Source: Synechococcus elongatus PCC 6301 | GTDB taxonomy: Bacteria; Cyanobacteriota; Cyanobacteriia; Synechococcales; Synechococcaceae | NCBI RefSeq assembly: GCF_000010065.1 | Contig: NC_006576.1 | Location: forward strand, 1,470,001 to 1,502,000 | Length of the DNA: 32,000 bases | Reading direction: 5' to 3' | The notes under the pieces: generated by a model | Told to the model about the DNA's origin: nothing | What the model saw: the letters and a program-made list of their open reading frames with translations, nothing else | Database searches by the model: none | Part shown: in pieces, positions 18,387 to 26,212 of the stretch | Numbering within the stretch: position 1 is the stretch's first letter | How the letters are laid out: every line of letters starts with the position of its first letter | Translations under genes and position numbers: made by a program

Positions 18387-21212
18387 ATGTTGTCACAACT
18401 GCCAGAGCGGCGAATGCATTGGATCCGCTGGATATTAACAGTGGGTTGGCTCCTCATTATTGCCTCTCTCTTTTATGACCCTTGGACGGCAAAACTCACG
18501 ACTCCTGATCATCCTTGGAGTCCACTCCGGCTCTCTGAGAGCTGTATCCAAGTCCAAGGAAATTGCTTATCAGAGCAACCCTATCCTTTAGGAACAACAC
18601 TCTTTTGGGGTGCGATCGTTCCTGCTAGTATCTTTATTTTACTCGTGTTTGGTCATGAGCTTTGGCGACGGATTTGTCCTCTTTCATTCTTATCTCAAAT
18701 TCCTCGGTCTCTCGGATGGCAGCGACAATTTAGAAGGGAGAATAAAAAGACTGGTATGGTTCGCTATGAGCTCGCCAAGGTTCGCTCGGATTCTTGGTTA
18801 GGCCGCAATTATCCCTACGTTCAATTCAGCTGGTTATTTATCGGCTTATGTGGCCGAATTTTGTTTTTCAATGCCGATCGCCTCGTCCTAGCAGGCTGGT
18901 TGTTATCGACCGTGGCAGCCGCGATCGCAGTGGGCTACTGGTACGGCGGCAAGTCTTGGTGCCAATATTTCTGCCCGATGGCACCTGTTCAGTCTATTTA
19001 CAGTGAGCCAGGGGGATTATTAGGCAGCAAAGCTCACACCAGTGAGCAGCTGATTACACAGTCAATGTGCCGCACTTTCTTGCCAGATGGTCAGGAACAG
19101 AGTGCCTGCGTTGCCTGTCAAAATCCCTGCATTGATATTGATGCTGAACGCAACTACTGGAATAGTTTAAGCAAACCTGAAACTGGCTTCATTCGCTATG
19201 GCTATGTAGGCTTAGTGATTGGCTATTTCGGCTATTACTATCTCTATGCTGGCAACTGGAACTATTACTTCTCTGGAGCGTGGCTACGACAGACAGACCA
19301 GCTGACCTCACTCTTTGACCCAGGAATTTACCTATTCGGTCAAGCCATCAATGTTCCCAAAATCATCGCTGTTCCTCTTATCCTGGGGATCTGTACAGCG
19401 ATCGCTTATGGAGGGGGGCGGTGGCTAGAGAAGCGTGCAAAGTCTTACTATCGACGACATCCAAAAGAATTATCACTGGAGACGATTCGCCATCGTATTT
19501 TTACTCTCTGCACCTTTGGTATCTTCAATTTCTTTTTTATCTTTGGCGGACGTCCTCTTATTCAGCTCTTTCCCTGGGCTGTGCAATATCTCTACGATCT
19601 GGGATTAGTGACACTGAGTACACTTTGGCTCTACAAAACTTGGCGGCGCAGTCCTGATCTTTATTCCCGTGAAAATTTAGCCAATCGATTCCGCAAGCAA
19701 CTAGAAAAGCTACAGCTCAATGTATCGCAGTTCCTCGAGGGTCGAACCCTCAACGATCTCAACACTCACGAAGTCTATATCTTGGCTAAGGTACTGCCTG
19801 GATTTACTCGTGAGAAGCGACATCAAGCTTACAAAGGCGTAGTCCGAGAGGCCTTAGAAGAAGGCTACATCAACTATTCCAGCAGCCTAGAAGTTTTGCA
19901 GCAAATGCGTCAGGAGCTAGGCATTACGGATGATGAGCACCGCATCGTCCTCGAGGAAGTTGGAATTGAGGATCCTAGCCTACTCAATCCTGATCGCCAA
20001 CGCAGCCTTGAGAATCAGATTCGCCTTAGTGGTTATCGCAAATCACTGGAACGGTTACTGCTCCTGCAAAGCAAACAAGTAGCTCAGGGCTCATTGGATC
20101 CCGGATCCTTACAGGATTCAGCAACAATTCGATCGCTGCGCCGTCAGTACTCAATTACATCTCAAGATGAAGAGTGGATTTTGAGTGGGCTTGCAGGCAA
20201 TGCCAGCAGTGTTAAAAGAGCAGAGTTTCTGCTCGCACAGTTATCTCAATTAATCGATTGCTATCGTGTCCTCAATCAGCCAGTTCTCTATGATCACAAG
20301 GCTGTCCTGACCCTATTACGGGAGAACATCAGCCATAAAAAGGAATTGATCGTGCGATCGATTTTAGAAACCCTAGGACTGCTGCAATCCGATCCGGCTG
20401 CGTTGGGCTTAGCTCAACGTTTACAACAGGCGTCACCAGCAATTTTAGGGGAGGTTTTAGACCAAGGGCACTGGAGCGATCGCTTACCCGCAGCAATTTT
20501 GCAATGCCTGACCCAGCCCGGTGAAATGCCTGTTTTCTGTTCCCTAGAATTTTCGGCTCAGGCAACGCTCGGGCACCTAGAAACTTTGCTTCTGGATCAG
20601 AATCCCATGATTCAGGCGGCGGCGCTCTACGTCATCGCCCAATTGGATCCAGAGCGGAGTCAAGCGATCGCGCGTGATCAGCGTCACCCGTTCAACTCCC
20701 CACTGGTGAAAGCCACCCTTGAGCAGCTATTAGCATTGCCATCAAATGCCTCTGCTCATCCATCCCTGACCGACTTCCCAATGCTGGAGCGAGTGGTTTA
20801 CCTCTTCAATAGCGATTTCTTCCACCGCATGCAAAGTGAGACGCTCATTGCTCTTGCCGATCGCGCGGAAGTGAGAACTTATAGCAAGGGAGATCTCATC
20901 ACCGAAGCAGGAGACACCTGTCGAGAGTTACTACTGTTAATTGAAGGGCATGCCAACGTTCATTATCAAACTGGAGCTGAGGTTCGAATTGAACAGCTGC
21001 ATCCAGGTCAAACTCTAGATGAGTTGGAAGTTTTAGCCCATAGCAAGTCAGAGAATACGATCGTGGCTGACAGTGAGAGGACTCGAATTCTTGCCATTTC
21101 TGTCGATGCCTTTGATGACTTTCTTGATCATGATCCAGATTTTGCTCGACGGGTTTTGGAATTAGAAAGTCGGCAACTCCAGCGATTTGTGCGGTCGATG
21201 CAGTCGATCTAA
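18387..21212 (+). CDS. 941-aa multi-domain membrane protein: Cys-motif polytopic N-terminal module (NapH/CcoG-like), helical/HEAT-like middle, C-terminal CAP-type cyclic-nucleotide-binding-like domain
   Basis: It has several TM helices. Motifs are WRRICPLSF, SWCQYFCPMAPV (CX3CP) and MCRTF...SACVACQNPCIDID (C..CxxCxxxC). The C-terminus FFHRMQSETLIALADRAEVRTYSKGDLITEAGDTCRELLLLIEGHANV...GQTLDELEVLAHSKSENTIVA is a CAP effector-domain fold. GC is about 43 % in sampled lines. Confidence 0.85.
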   Translation: MLSQLPERRMHWIRWILTVGWLLIIASLFYDPWTAKLTTPDHPWSPLRLSESCIQVQGNCLSEQPYPLGTTLFWGAIVPASIFILLVFGHELWRRICPLSFLSQIPRSLGWQRQFRRENKKTGMVRYELAKVRSDSWLGRNYPYVQFSWLFIGLCGRILFFNADRLVLAGWLLSTVAAAIAVGYWYGGKSWCQYFCPMAPVQSIYSEPGGLLGSKAHTSEQLITQSMCRTFLPDGQEQSACVACQNPCIDIDAERNYWNSLSKPETGFIRYGYVGLVIGYFGYYYLYAGNWNYYFSGAWLRQTDQLTSLFDPGIYLFGQAINVPKIIAVPLILGICTAIAYGGGRWLEKRAKSYYRRHPKELSLETIRHRIFTLCTFGIFNFFFIFGGRPLIQLFPWAVQYLYDLGLVTLSTLWLYKTWRRSPDLYSRENLANRFRKQLEKLQLNVSQFLEGRTLNDLNTHEVYILAKVLPGFTREKRHQAYKGVVREALEEGYINYSSSLEVLQQMRQELGITDDEHRIVLEEVGIEDPSLLNPDRQRSLENQIRLSGYRKSLERLLLLQSKQVAQGSLDPGSLQDSATIRSLRRQYSITSQDEEWILSGLAGNASSVKRAEFLLAQLSQLIDCYRVLNQPVLYDHKAVLTLLRENISHKKELIVRSILETLGLLQSDPAALGLAQRLQQASPAILGEVLDQGHWSDRLPAAILQCLTQPGEMPVFCSLEFSAQATLGHLETLLLDQNPMIQAAALYVIAQLDPERSQAIARDQRHPFNSPLVKATLEQLLALPSNASAHPSLTDFPMLERVVYLFNSDFFHRMQSETLIALADRAEVRTYSKGDLITEAGDTCRELLLLIEGHANVHYQTGAEVRIEQLHPGQTLDELEVLAHSKSENTIVADSERTRILAISVDAFDDFLDHDPDFARRVLELESRQLQRFVRSMQSI

Positions 21213-21472
21213 GAAGCAGTTGAAGCAGGTATTGTAACTATTGTTTCAGTTGAGACATTTACAAGATAGAAAATAAGGGGCTTAAGCTCCTTGTTCCAGA
21301 AGATTATCATCTTCGGCGAACTGTCCTATATAGATTAAAGAATGCAATAGTACTGGCTACAAAGCTCGCTGGCTGTTCAGCAATCGTGAAGTTGATCCCA
21401 ACTTTTACCCCAATTCTGGCGTCCACTAGTGAGAATGGCAGACTGAAGCCAACCACAGCCAAGGGAGGATCT

Positions 21473-22060
21473 ATGGGCTGGTTGAAAGGCACGATCGCGG
21501 TGATTGCGATCGCCATTGGGGGGACAGCAGCAGCAGGCTGGGTTTACTACCGGCCAGTGCTAGCACCTTTCCAGTTACAGGCCAATTCCTCTGGCACTGA
21601 AGCGAGTCAAGAACGGCGTCTCCTCTATGCCTGCAATCCCGATCGCGCTGGCTTAATTCTTTTGCCGGGCGCTTTGCCTGAAGCCAAAGCGGCGATCGCC
21701 CGCGAAATTACCGATCCGCAGCAGCAACAGTTGGCAAGTCAACTACTTGAAAACCTAGAGCGCGAGACTAAGCTCGGAGTTGGCACCAGTATCGGTCCTG
21801 TCTGGCTGAAGCAGCAGGAATCGACGATCAGTCGCGTCGTGGGTGAAACCGTGCGCCAGCAACTCACCACTGAACTCCAGAAGGAGTCCGATCCACTGGC
21901 GGCAGCATTGGGCAATCAATTTACAGACGCTTTGCTGCAGCCACTGGTCAATCAAGTCACCACCCAGGTGATTGGCGTCGCGAACGTTGTTCTAGAACAG
22001 AACATTAACCGCGCTTGCGGCACGACTGCTGCCTTCGGTAGCGCTCCAGCAGCAGAATAG
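21473..22060 (+). CDS. Hypothetical membrane-anchored protein (195 aa)
   Basis: The ATG at 21473 is preceded by AAGGGAGGATCT (strong SD). It has an N-terminal TM helix WLKGTIAVIAIAIGGTAAAGWVYY and a Gln-rich helical remainder. The track start (GTG 21386) is less likely. Confidence 0.55.
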   Translation: MGWLKGTIAVIAIAIGGTAAAGWVYYRPVLAPFQLQANSSGTEASQERRLLYACNPDRAGLILLPGALPEAKAAIAREITDPQQQQLASQLLENLERETKLGVGTSIGPVWLKQQESTISRVVGETVRQQLTTELQKESDPLAAALGNQFTDALLQPLVNQVTTQVIGVANVVLEQNINRACGTTAAFGSAPAAE

Positions 22061-22436
22061 CGACCAGATCATCCACGGGGCGGGGCGGCTGCCGTAAGCC
22101 CTGGGGTAGTAAGCGTCGCCAGCCCCGCACGGGATACATCTGCCAGTAGCGATCGCGGGCTTCGAGGGTGCTATTGCGCTCATCTACTAAGGCAATCGGC
22201 GGAGCACTCGGCAGGGCACTGAGTTGAGCTTGCCACTGCTGGGATGTGGTTTGGTTGCCGAGGACTAACAGTTGGGGCGATCGCGCTTGGAAAAGCTGGG
22301 CAAGCACTGCGATCGCCTCAGCGGAGGCCAAGATCCGGTGCTCCAGTATCTGCCCAGTCTGCGCTTCCATCAAGGCCAGACCACATTTATCACGGCCCGG
22401 ATCAAAGCCAATCCACAATCCTGCAGCACTGGTCAT
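22005..22436 (-). CDS. RNase H-fold, Holliday-junction-resolvase-like (YqgF/RuvX-like) protein
   Basis: 143 aa. The N-terminal GFDPGRDKCGLAL matches the first acidic motif of YqgF/RuvC-fold nucleases, and the later VDERNST supplies further acidic residues. Its start overlaps the stop of the upstream DUF3084 gene by 4 nt. Confidence 0.6.
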   Translation of the reverse strand: MTSAAGLWIGFDPGRDKCGLALMEAQTGQILEHRILASAEAIAVLAQLFQARSPQLLVLGNQTTSQQWQAQLSALPSAPPIALVDERNSTLEARDRYWQMYPVRGWRRLLPQGLRQPPRPVDDLVAILLLERYRRQQSCRKRG

Positions 22437-23731
22437 GGCTCAGTCGAGAACTTGACTTGACCATTCTGGATGGCGCGGAGATCCAACTGCAGGGCATCAG
22501 CCGTGGAAATCGCCTCACTGGTCACCACCTCAATCGTCACCTCACCAGGCGTCTGGCGCAGTTGAGATAAGAAGCGCAGCAGGGTTTCAATCCGACCATC
22601 GCCAATCTCTAGAACCTCCGACAACACCCCCTGTTGGCGCGCCCGCAGCTGAGCCGCCGTCAGTAGGAGGTTAATCCGCTGGCGCAGTTCATCCGCATCG
22701 AGACTGCTGGGGACCAAGGAGGTACTGCCAATGCTACGCCCAGCCGGCAGCAGCAGCTGATTGGGGGTGGCATCCGAAAAGACAAATACGCGGGGTTCAC
22801 CAACCACCACGTTGGCAGCTGAGAGAATCCGCACCACAAACGGACGGCCCGTCCGCAGTTGTTCCCGCAAGCGATCAACTTCCGCTTGGGGGATCTGAAT
22901 GATCTGTTCCCGCACTTCTTGAATGCCAGGACGCGTCGCCTGAGCCGCCACCACATTGGCTTCGCGCAGGATCATGTCGATCGCCTCTTGAGTGCCCTGG
23001 GGTGCCAGAATTTGCACCAGTTTGCTGACCAAGACTTGCCCCCGCGTAAGGGCAACATTGCCCCGCCGGAAAGCAATTAGCGTTTGCTCCAGTTGCTGAA
23101 TTTCCCGAGTCAAGCTGGTCTGTTTGGACTCCAGCTCGCGCAGTTGCGCTTCACGGCTCGCGACTTCGCGATCGCGGCTTTGCAGCTGAGTTTTGAGCTG
23201 ATCAATCTGGTCGCGGACGGCTTGGCGCTGAGCTAACAAGTCTTGGCGTTCTTGCTGCAACTTGACCAAGTCCGATCGCAAACTCGCCGATCGCGTTTCC
23301 ACGTCCTCTAGCCGCACCGCTGTTTGTCGCTGCTGTTCTACCGCCGCCCGTAACTGCTGATTCGTGCGATCGAGCTGGCGTTGCGCTTCCTGTTGGCTGC
23401 GGCGGGCTTGCTCTCGTTGGGCAGCGCTGGCTTCGAGGTCGCGCCGCGCTGTTTCGAGATCCTGGCGGGCTTGGCGCAGGCGATCCTGAACCTGGTTGAA
23501 CTCAAATACCCCTGCCCGCAGCTGAGCACTGGTCGCGAAAAGAATGCCCAGGGTGGAAGCCGAAATGAAGCCACCCGTCAAAATGGTGACTACGACGGCC
23601 GTATCTTTAGGCCGTAGGTTGAACAGACTGAGGCGCGCCTTGCCAATTTTGCTGCCCAAGCGATCGCCAATCGTCGCGATCACGCCGCCCAGCACCAGCA
23701 CCGCTAAAACCAGAATGTATCCGGAAACCAT
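22433..23731 (-). CDS. DUF3084-family protein: N-terminal membrane segment, long coiled coil, C-terminal globular domain
   Basis: 432 aa. The N-terminal signature is GDRLGSKIGKARLSLFNLRPKDTAVVVT. About 170 aa are Q/R/E/L-rich heptad-like sequence. Confidence 0.7.
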   Translation of the reverse strand: MVSGYILVLAVLVLGGVIATIGDRLGSKIGKARLSLFNLRPKDTAVVVTILTGGFISASTLGILFATSAQLRAGVFEFNQVQDRLRQARQDLETARRDLEASAAQREQARRSQQEAQRQLDRTNQQLRAAVEQQRQTAVRLEDVETRSASLRSDLVKLQQERQDLLAQRQAVRDQIDQLKTQLQSRDREVASREAQLRELESKQTSLTREIQQLEQTLIAFRRGNVALTRGQVLVSKLVQILAPQGTQEAIDMILREANVVAAQATRPGIQEVREQIIQIPQAEVDRLREQLRTGRPFVVRILSAANVVVGEPRVFVFSDATPNQLLLPAGRSIGSTSLVPSSLDADELRQRINLLLTAAQLRARQQGVLSEVLEIGDGRIETLLRFLSQLRQTPGEVTIEVVTSEAISTADALQLDLRAIQNGQVKFSTEP

Positions 23732-23823
23732 GTCGGGCCGCTGCCAGACTCCTCACACCTGTTCACTCCATGATGGGGGCGATAGGGAGCCTCAGCAACG
23801 GAATCCCTGAGTTGGAGTGAGAT

Positions 23824-24492
23824 TTAGCTGAACTGCTGACTCAGCGCCACCGGATTAAAGACCGTGATCCGCTTTTTGTGAATCGCAATCAGTTTTGATT
23901 CCCGTAGGTCACCCAGCAAGCGCGTCACTGTCACCCGCGTTGAGCCGATCGCTTCCGCAATTGCCTGGTGGGAAAGCTTGAGATCGATGGTGATGCCATC
24001 AGGGCTGGGGATGCCAAAGTCGCGACAGAGAATCAGCAAAAAGCTGACCAAGCGAGAACCCATATCGCGGTGCGCAAGCGTCTCGATCATCATTTCGGTC
24101 TGCAGAATCCGCGAGGACAGCCCCTGCAGCATCACGTTGGCCAGTTCCGGCCGTTCGATCAGCGCCTTCTGCATGAACTCGATCGGCACCGAAAACAGTT
24201 GAACCGGCGTAAAGGCCACTGCATGGTAGAAGCGATCGGAGCGCTGACCTGTCAGCAGCGACAGCACTCCAAACACGCTGTTCTCACGCAGCAGGGCCAC
24301 CGTAATTTCTTCGCCCGACTCATAGACTCGTGAGAGCTTGACCGCTCCTTTGACAAGCAGGTAGACCCGTTCAGCCGGATCCCCCGGGAAAAAGATGGTC
24401 TTACCCCGCTCAAACTGCTCAATCTGGAGGGGCAGCTTACCGCTTCCCAACTCCCGGAACATCGTCAGCAGAGAATTTTCGTTGGCCAGCAT
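23824..24492 (-). CDS. ntcA: Global nitrogen regulator NtcA (CRP/FNR family)
   Basis: 222 aa, [18 protein letters not shown].... It has a cNMP-like effector domain and the [27 protein letters not shown] recognise it as Synechococcus-type NtcA. Confidence 0.97.
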   Translation of the reverse strand: MLANENSLLTMFRELGSGKLPLQIEQFERGKTIFFPGDPAERVYLLVKGAVKLSRVYESGEEITVALLRENSVFGVLSLLTGQRSDRFYHAVAFTPVQLFSVPIEFMQKALIERPELANVMLQGLSSRILQTEMMIETLAHRDMGSRLVSFLLILCRDFGIPSPDGITIDLKLSHQAIAEAIGSTRVTVTRLLGDLRESKLIAIHKKRITVFNPVALSQQFS

Positions 24493-24606
24493 CGCAACCG
24501 TGCCTTATAACTCCGCGCAAGGAATGGCTGGTGGGCATGGCCATGAACAGCAGCGATCGCGCCGTTGTTGAGAAAGCCAGAACCAGAACGAGCCAAGTGT
24601 CTCGTT

Positions 24607-24648
24607 ACCGTACGGCCTAGCCTAGCTGCTGCTTGTAGCAACTGCTAC
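24607..24648 (-). promoter_or_regulatory. NtcA-activated (class II-like) promoter of ntcA: NtcA box GTAN8TAC plus -10 TAN3T
   Basis: GTAGCAACTGCTAC lies at 24635-24648. On the minus strand, exactly 22 nt further downstream, is TACGGT (24612-24607). This is the consensus geometry GTAN8TAC-N22-TAN3T. The implied TSS is near 24600, giving a leader of about 108 nt. Confidence 0.7.
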
Positions 24649-24723
24649 TTTTTCGGCGACAGCCGTGGGGAGGCAGCCAACAGCGGATAATAAGCGGTTG
24701 GTTCTGTTGTTGCCCCTGCTATC

Positions 24724-25500
24724 ATGCTCGACCTCTCTGGAAAGAAAGCCCTCGTCACAGGCATCGCCAATAATCGCTCAATCGCTTGGGGGATTGCCCA
24801 ACAACTCCATGCTGCTGGGGCTGAGCTGGGGATTACCTACCTGCCTGACGATCGCGGCCGGACAGAGTCGAAAGTGCAAGAGCTGACCGCACCACTCAAC
24901 CCCAGTCTGTTCCTGCCGCTGAATGTGCAAGATGCAGCACAGGTTGACGAGACTTTGGGCACGATCGCCCAGCAGTGGGGCAACTTCGACATCCTGATCC
25001 ACTGCCTTGCCTTTGCCGGTAAAGAAGAACTGTCGGGTGACTTCAGCGCGACGACTCGCGAAGGTTATGCCCGCGCCCTGGAAATCAGTTCCTATTCATT
25101 GATCGACTTAGCGCGAGCCAGCAAACCGCTGCTCAATCAAGGCGGCAGCATCCTGACCCTGACTTATCTGGGTGGCGTGCGCGTCGTGCCCAACTACAAC
25201 GTCATGGGCACCGCCAAAGCCGCACTGGAAATGAATGTGCGCTACCTGGCAGCAGAATTTGGTCCGCAGGCCATACGCGTCAATGCCATCTCTGCTGGCC
25301 CGATTCGGACGCTGGCATCCTCAGCCGTCGGTGGCATCCTCGATATGATTCACCACGTTGAGGAAACCGCACCGCTGCGCCGTACTGTCACCCAAATGGA
25401 AGTCGGCAATACGGCAGCCTTCCTCTCCAGCCCGCTCGCCAGCGGCATCACCGGCCAAGTCATCTATGTCGATTCCGGCTACAGCATTATGGGAATGTAG
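24724..25500 (+). CDS. fabI: Enoyl-[acyl-carrier-protein] reductase (NADH), FabI
   Basis: 258 aa. Motifs [13 protein letters not shown], the catalytic Y-x6-K in [12 protein letters not shown], and SAGPIRTLA. Confidence 0.95.
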   Translation: MLDLSGKKALVTGIANNRSIAWGIAQQLHAAGAELGITYLPDDRGRTESKVQELTAPLNPSLFLPLNVQDAAQVDETLGTIAQQWGNFDILIHCLAFAGKEELSGDFSATTREGYARALEISSYSLIDLARASKPLLNQGGSILTLTYLGGVRVVPNYNVMGTAKAALEMNVRYLAAEFGPQAIRVNAISAGPIRTLASSAVGGILDMIHHVEETAPLRRTVTQMEVGNTAAFLSSPLASGITGQVIYVDSGYSIMGM

Positions 25501-25514
25501 GCCGCGCAACGACT

Positions 25515-26144
25515 ATGCAACTCAGCGATCGCCCTTTGACTGCCCCGGGAACGGCACCCCGCCAAGCCACGGTCAGCCGCCGAACCGGAGAAACCGATGT
25601 TCAGGTGTTCCTCAATCTGGATGGCACCGGCCGGTGTCAGGCCGATACGGGGATTCCCTTCCTCGACCACATGTTCGATCAGATTGCTTCCCACGGCCTG
25701 ATCGATCTGGAAATCACGGCTAAGGGCGATCTGCACATCGATGATCACCACACCAATGAGGATGTGGGCATCACCTTCGGCTTAGCTCTGGCAGAAGCCT
25801 TGGGCGATCGCAAAGGGATTGTTCGTTTCGGTCACTTTGTGGCACCGCTGGATGAAGCCTTGGTGCAAGTGGCGCTGGACTTTTCGGGGCGGCCACACCT
25901 CACCTATGGCTTGACTCTGCCGACGGAACGGGTGGGCACCTACGAAACACAACTGGTGCGCGAGTTTTTTGTGGCGATCGCCAATAACGCCAAACTGACC
26001 TTGCATCTGCGTCAGTTGGACGGCATCAACTCGCACCACATCATCGAAGCGACTTTCAAAGCCTTTGCGCGATCGCTGCGCATGGCCACAGAAGTTGATC
26101 CGCGCCGTGCCGGTCAAATCCCTTCTTCGAAAGGGGTCCTTTAG
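25515..26144 (+). CDS. hisB: Imidazoleglycerol-phosphate dehydratase
   Basis: 209 aa. Metal-binding motifs [12 protein letters not shown] and [13 protein letters not shown]. It starts 14 nt after fabI, so the two are probably an operon. Confidence 0.95.
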   Translation: MQLSDRPLTAPGTAPRQATVSRRTGETDVQVFLNLDGTGRCQADTGIPFLDHMFDQIASHGLIDLEITAKGDLHIDDHHTNEDVGITFGLALAEALGDRKGIVRFGHFVAPLDEALVQVALDFSGRPHLTYGLTLPTERVGTYETQLVREFFVAIANNAKLTLHLRQLDGINSHHIIEATFKAFARSLRMATEVDPRRAGQIPSSKGVL

Positions 26145-26212
26145 CAGCGGCAGGGCGATCGCCGTCTGTCTTTCCCAGTTCTGAACTCCATCGTTCTGAG
26201 GCATCGCTCAGC

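Noticed and set aside
12869-22000. Idea that the integrase marks one end of a ~9-kb island extending to the low-GC 941-aa gene
   Set aside because: The region 12.9-18.2 kb has host-like GC and very high HIP1 density. I could find no direct repeat shared between the integrase-proximal spacer (12768-12868) and the spacers at 18162-18386 or 21213-21472. This cannot be excluded without a computed repeat search.
23700-23823. Possibility that the Yfr1 sRNA gene itself lies here on the plus strand, since the motif is in sense orientation
   Set aside because: I could not fold the expected short 5' stem-loop upstream of the motif. There is no compact GC-rich terminator hairpin with a U-run downstream (only AUUUA after a long imperfect hairpin), and no obvious -10 box. 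A target site on the opposite-strand mRNA explains the match better. It remains testable by RNA-seq.
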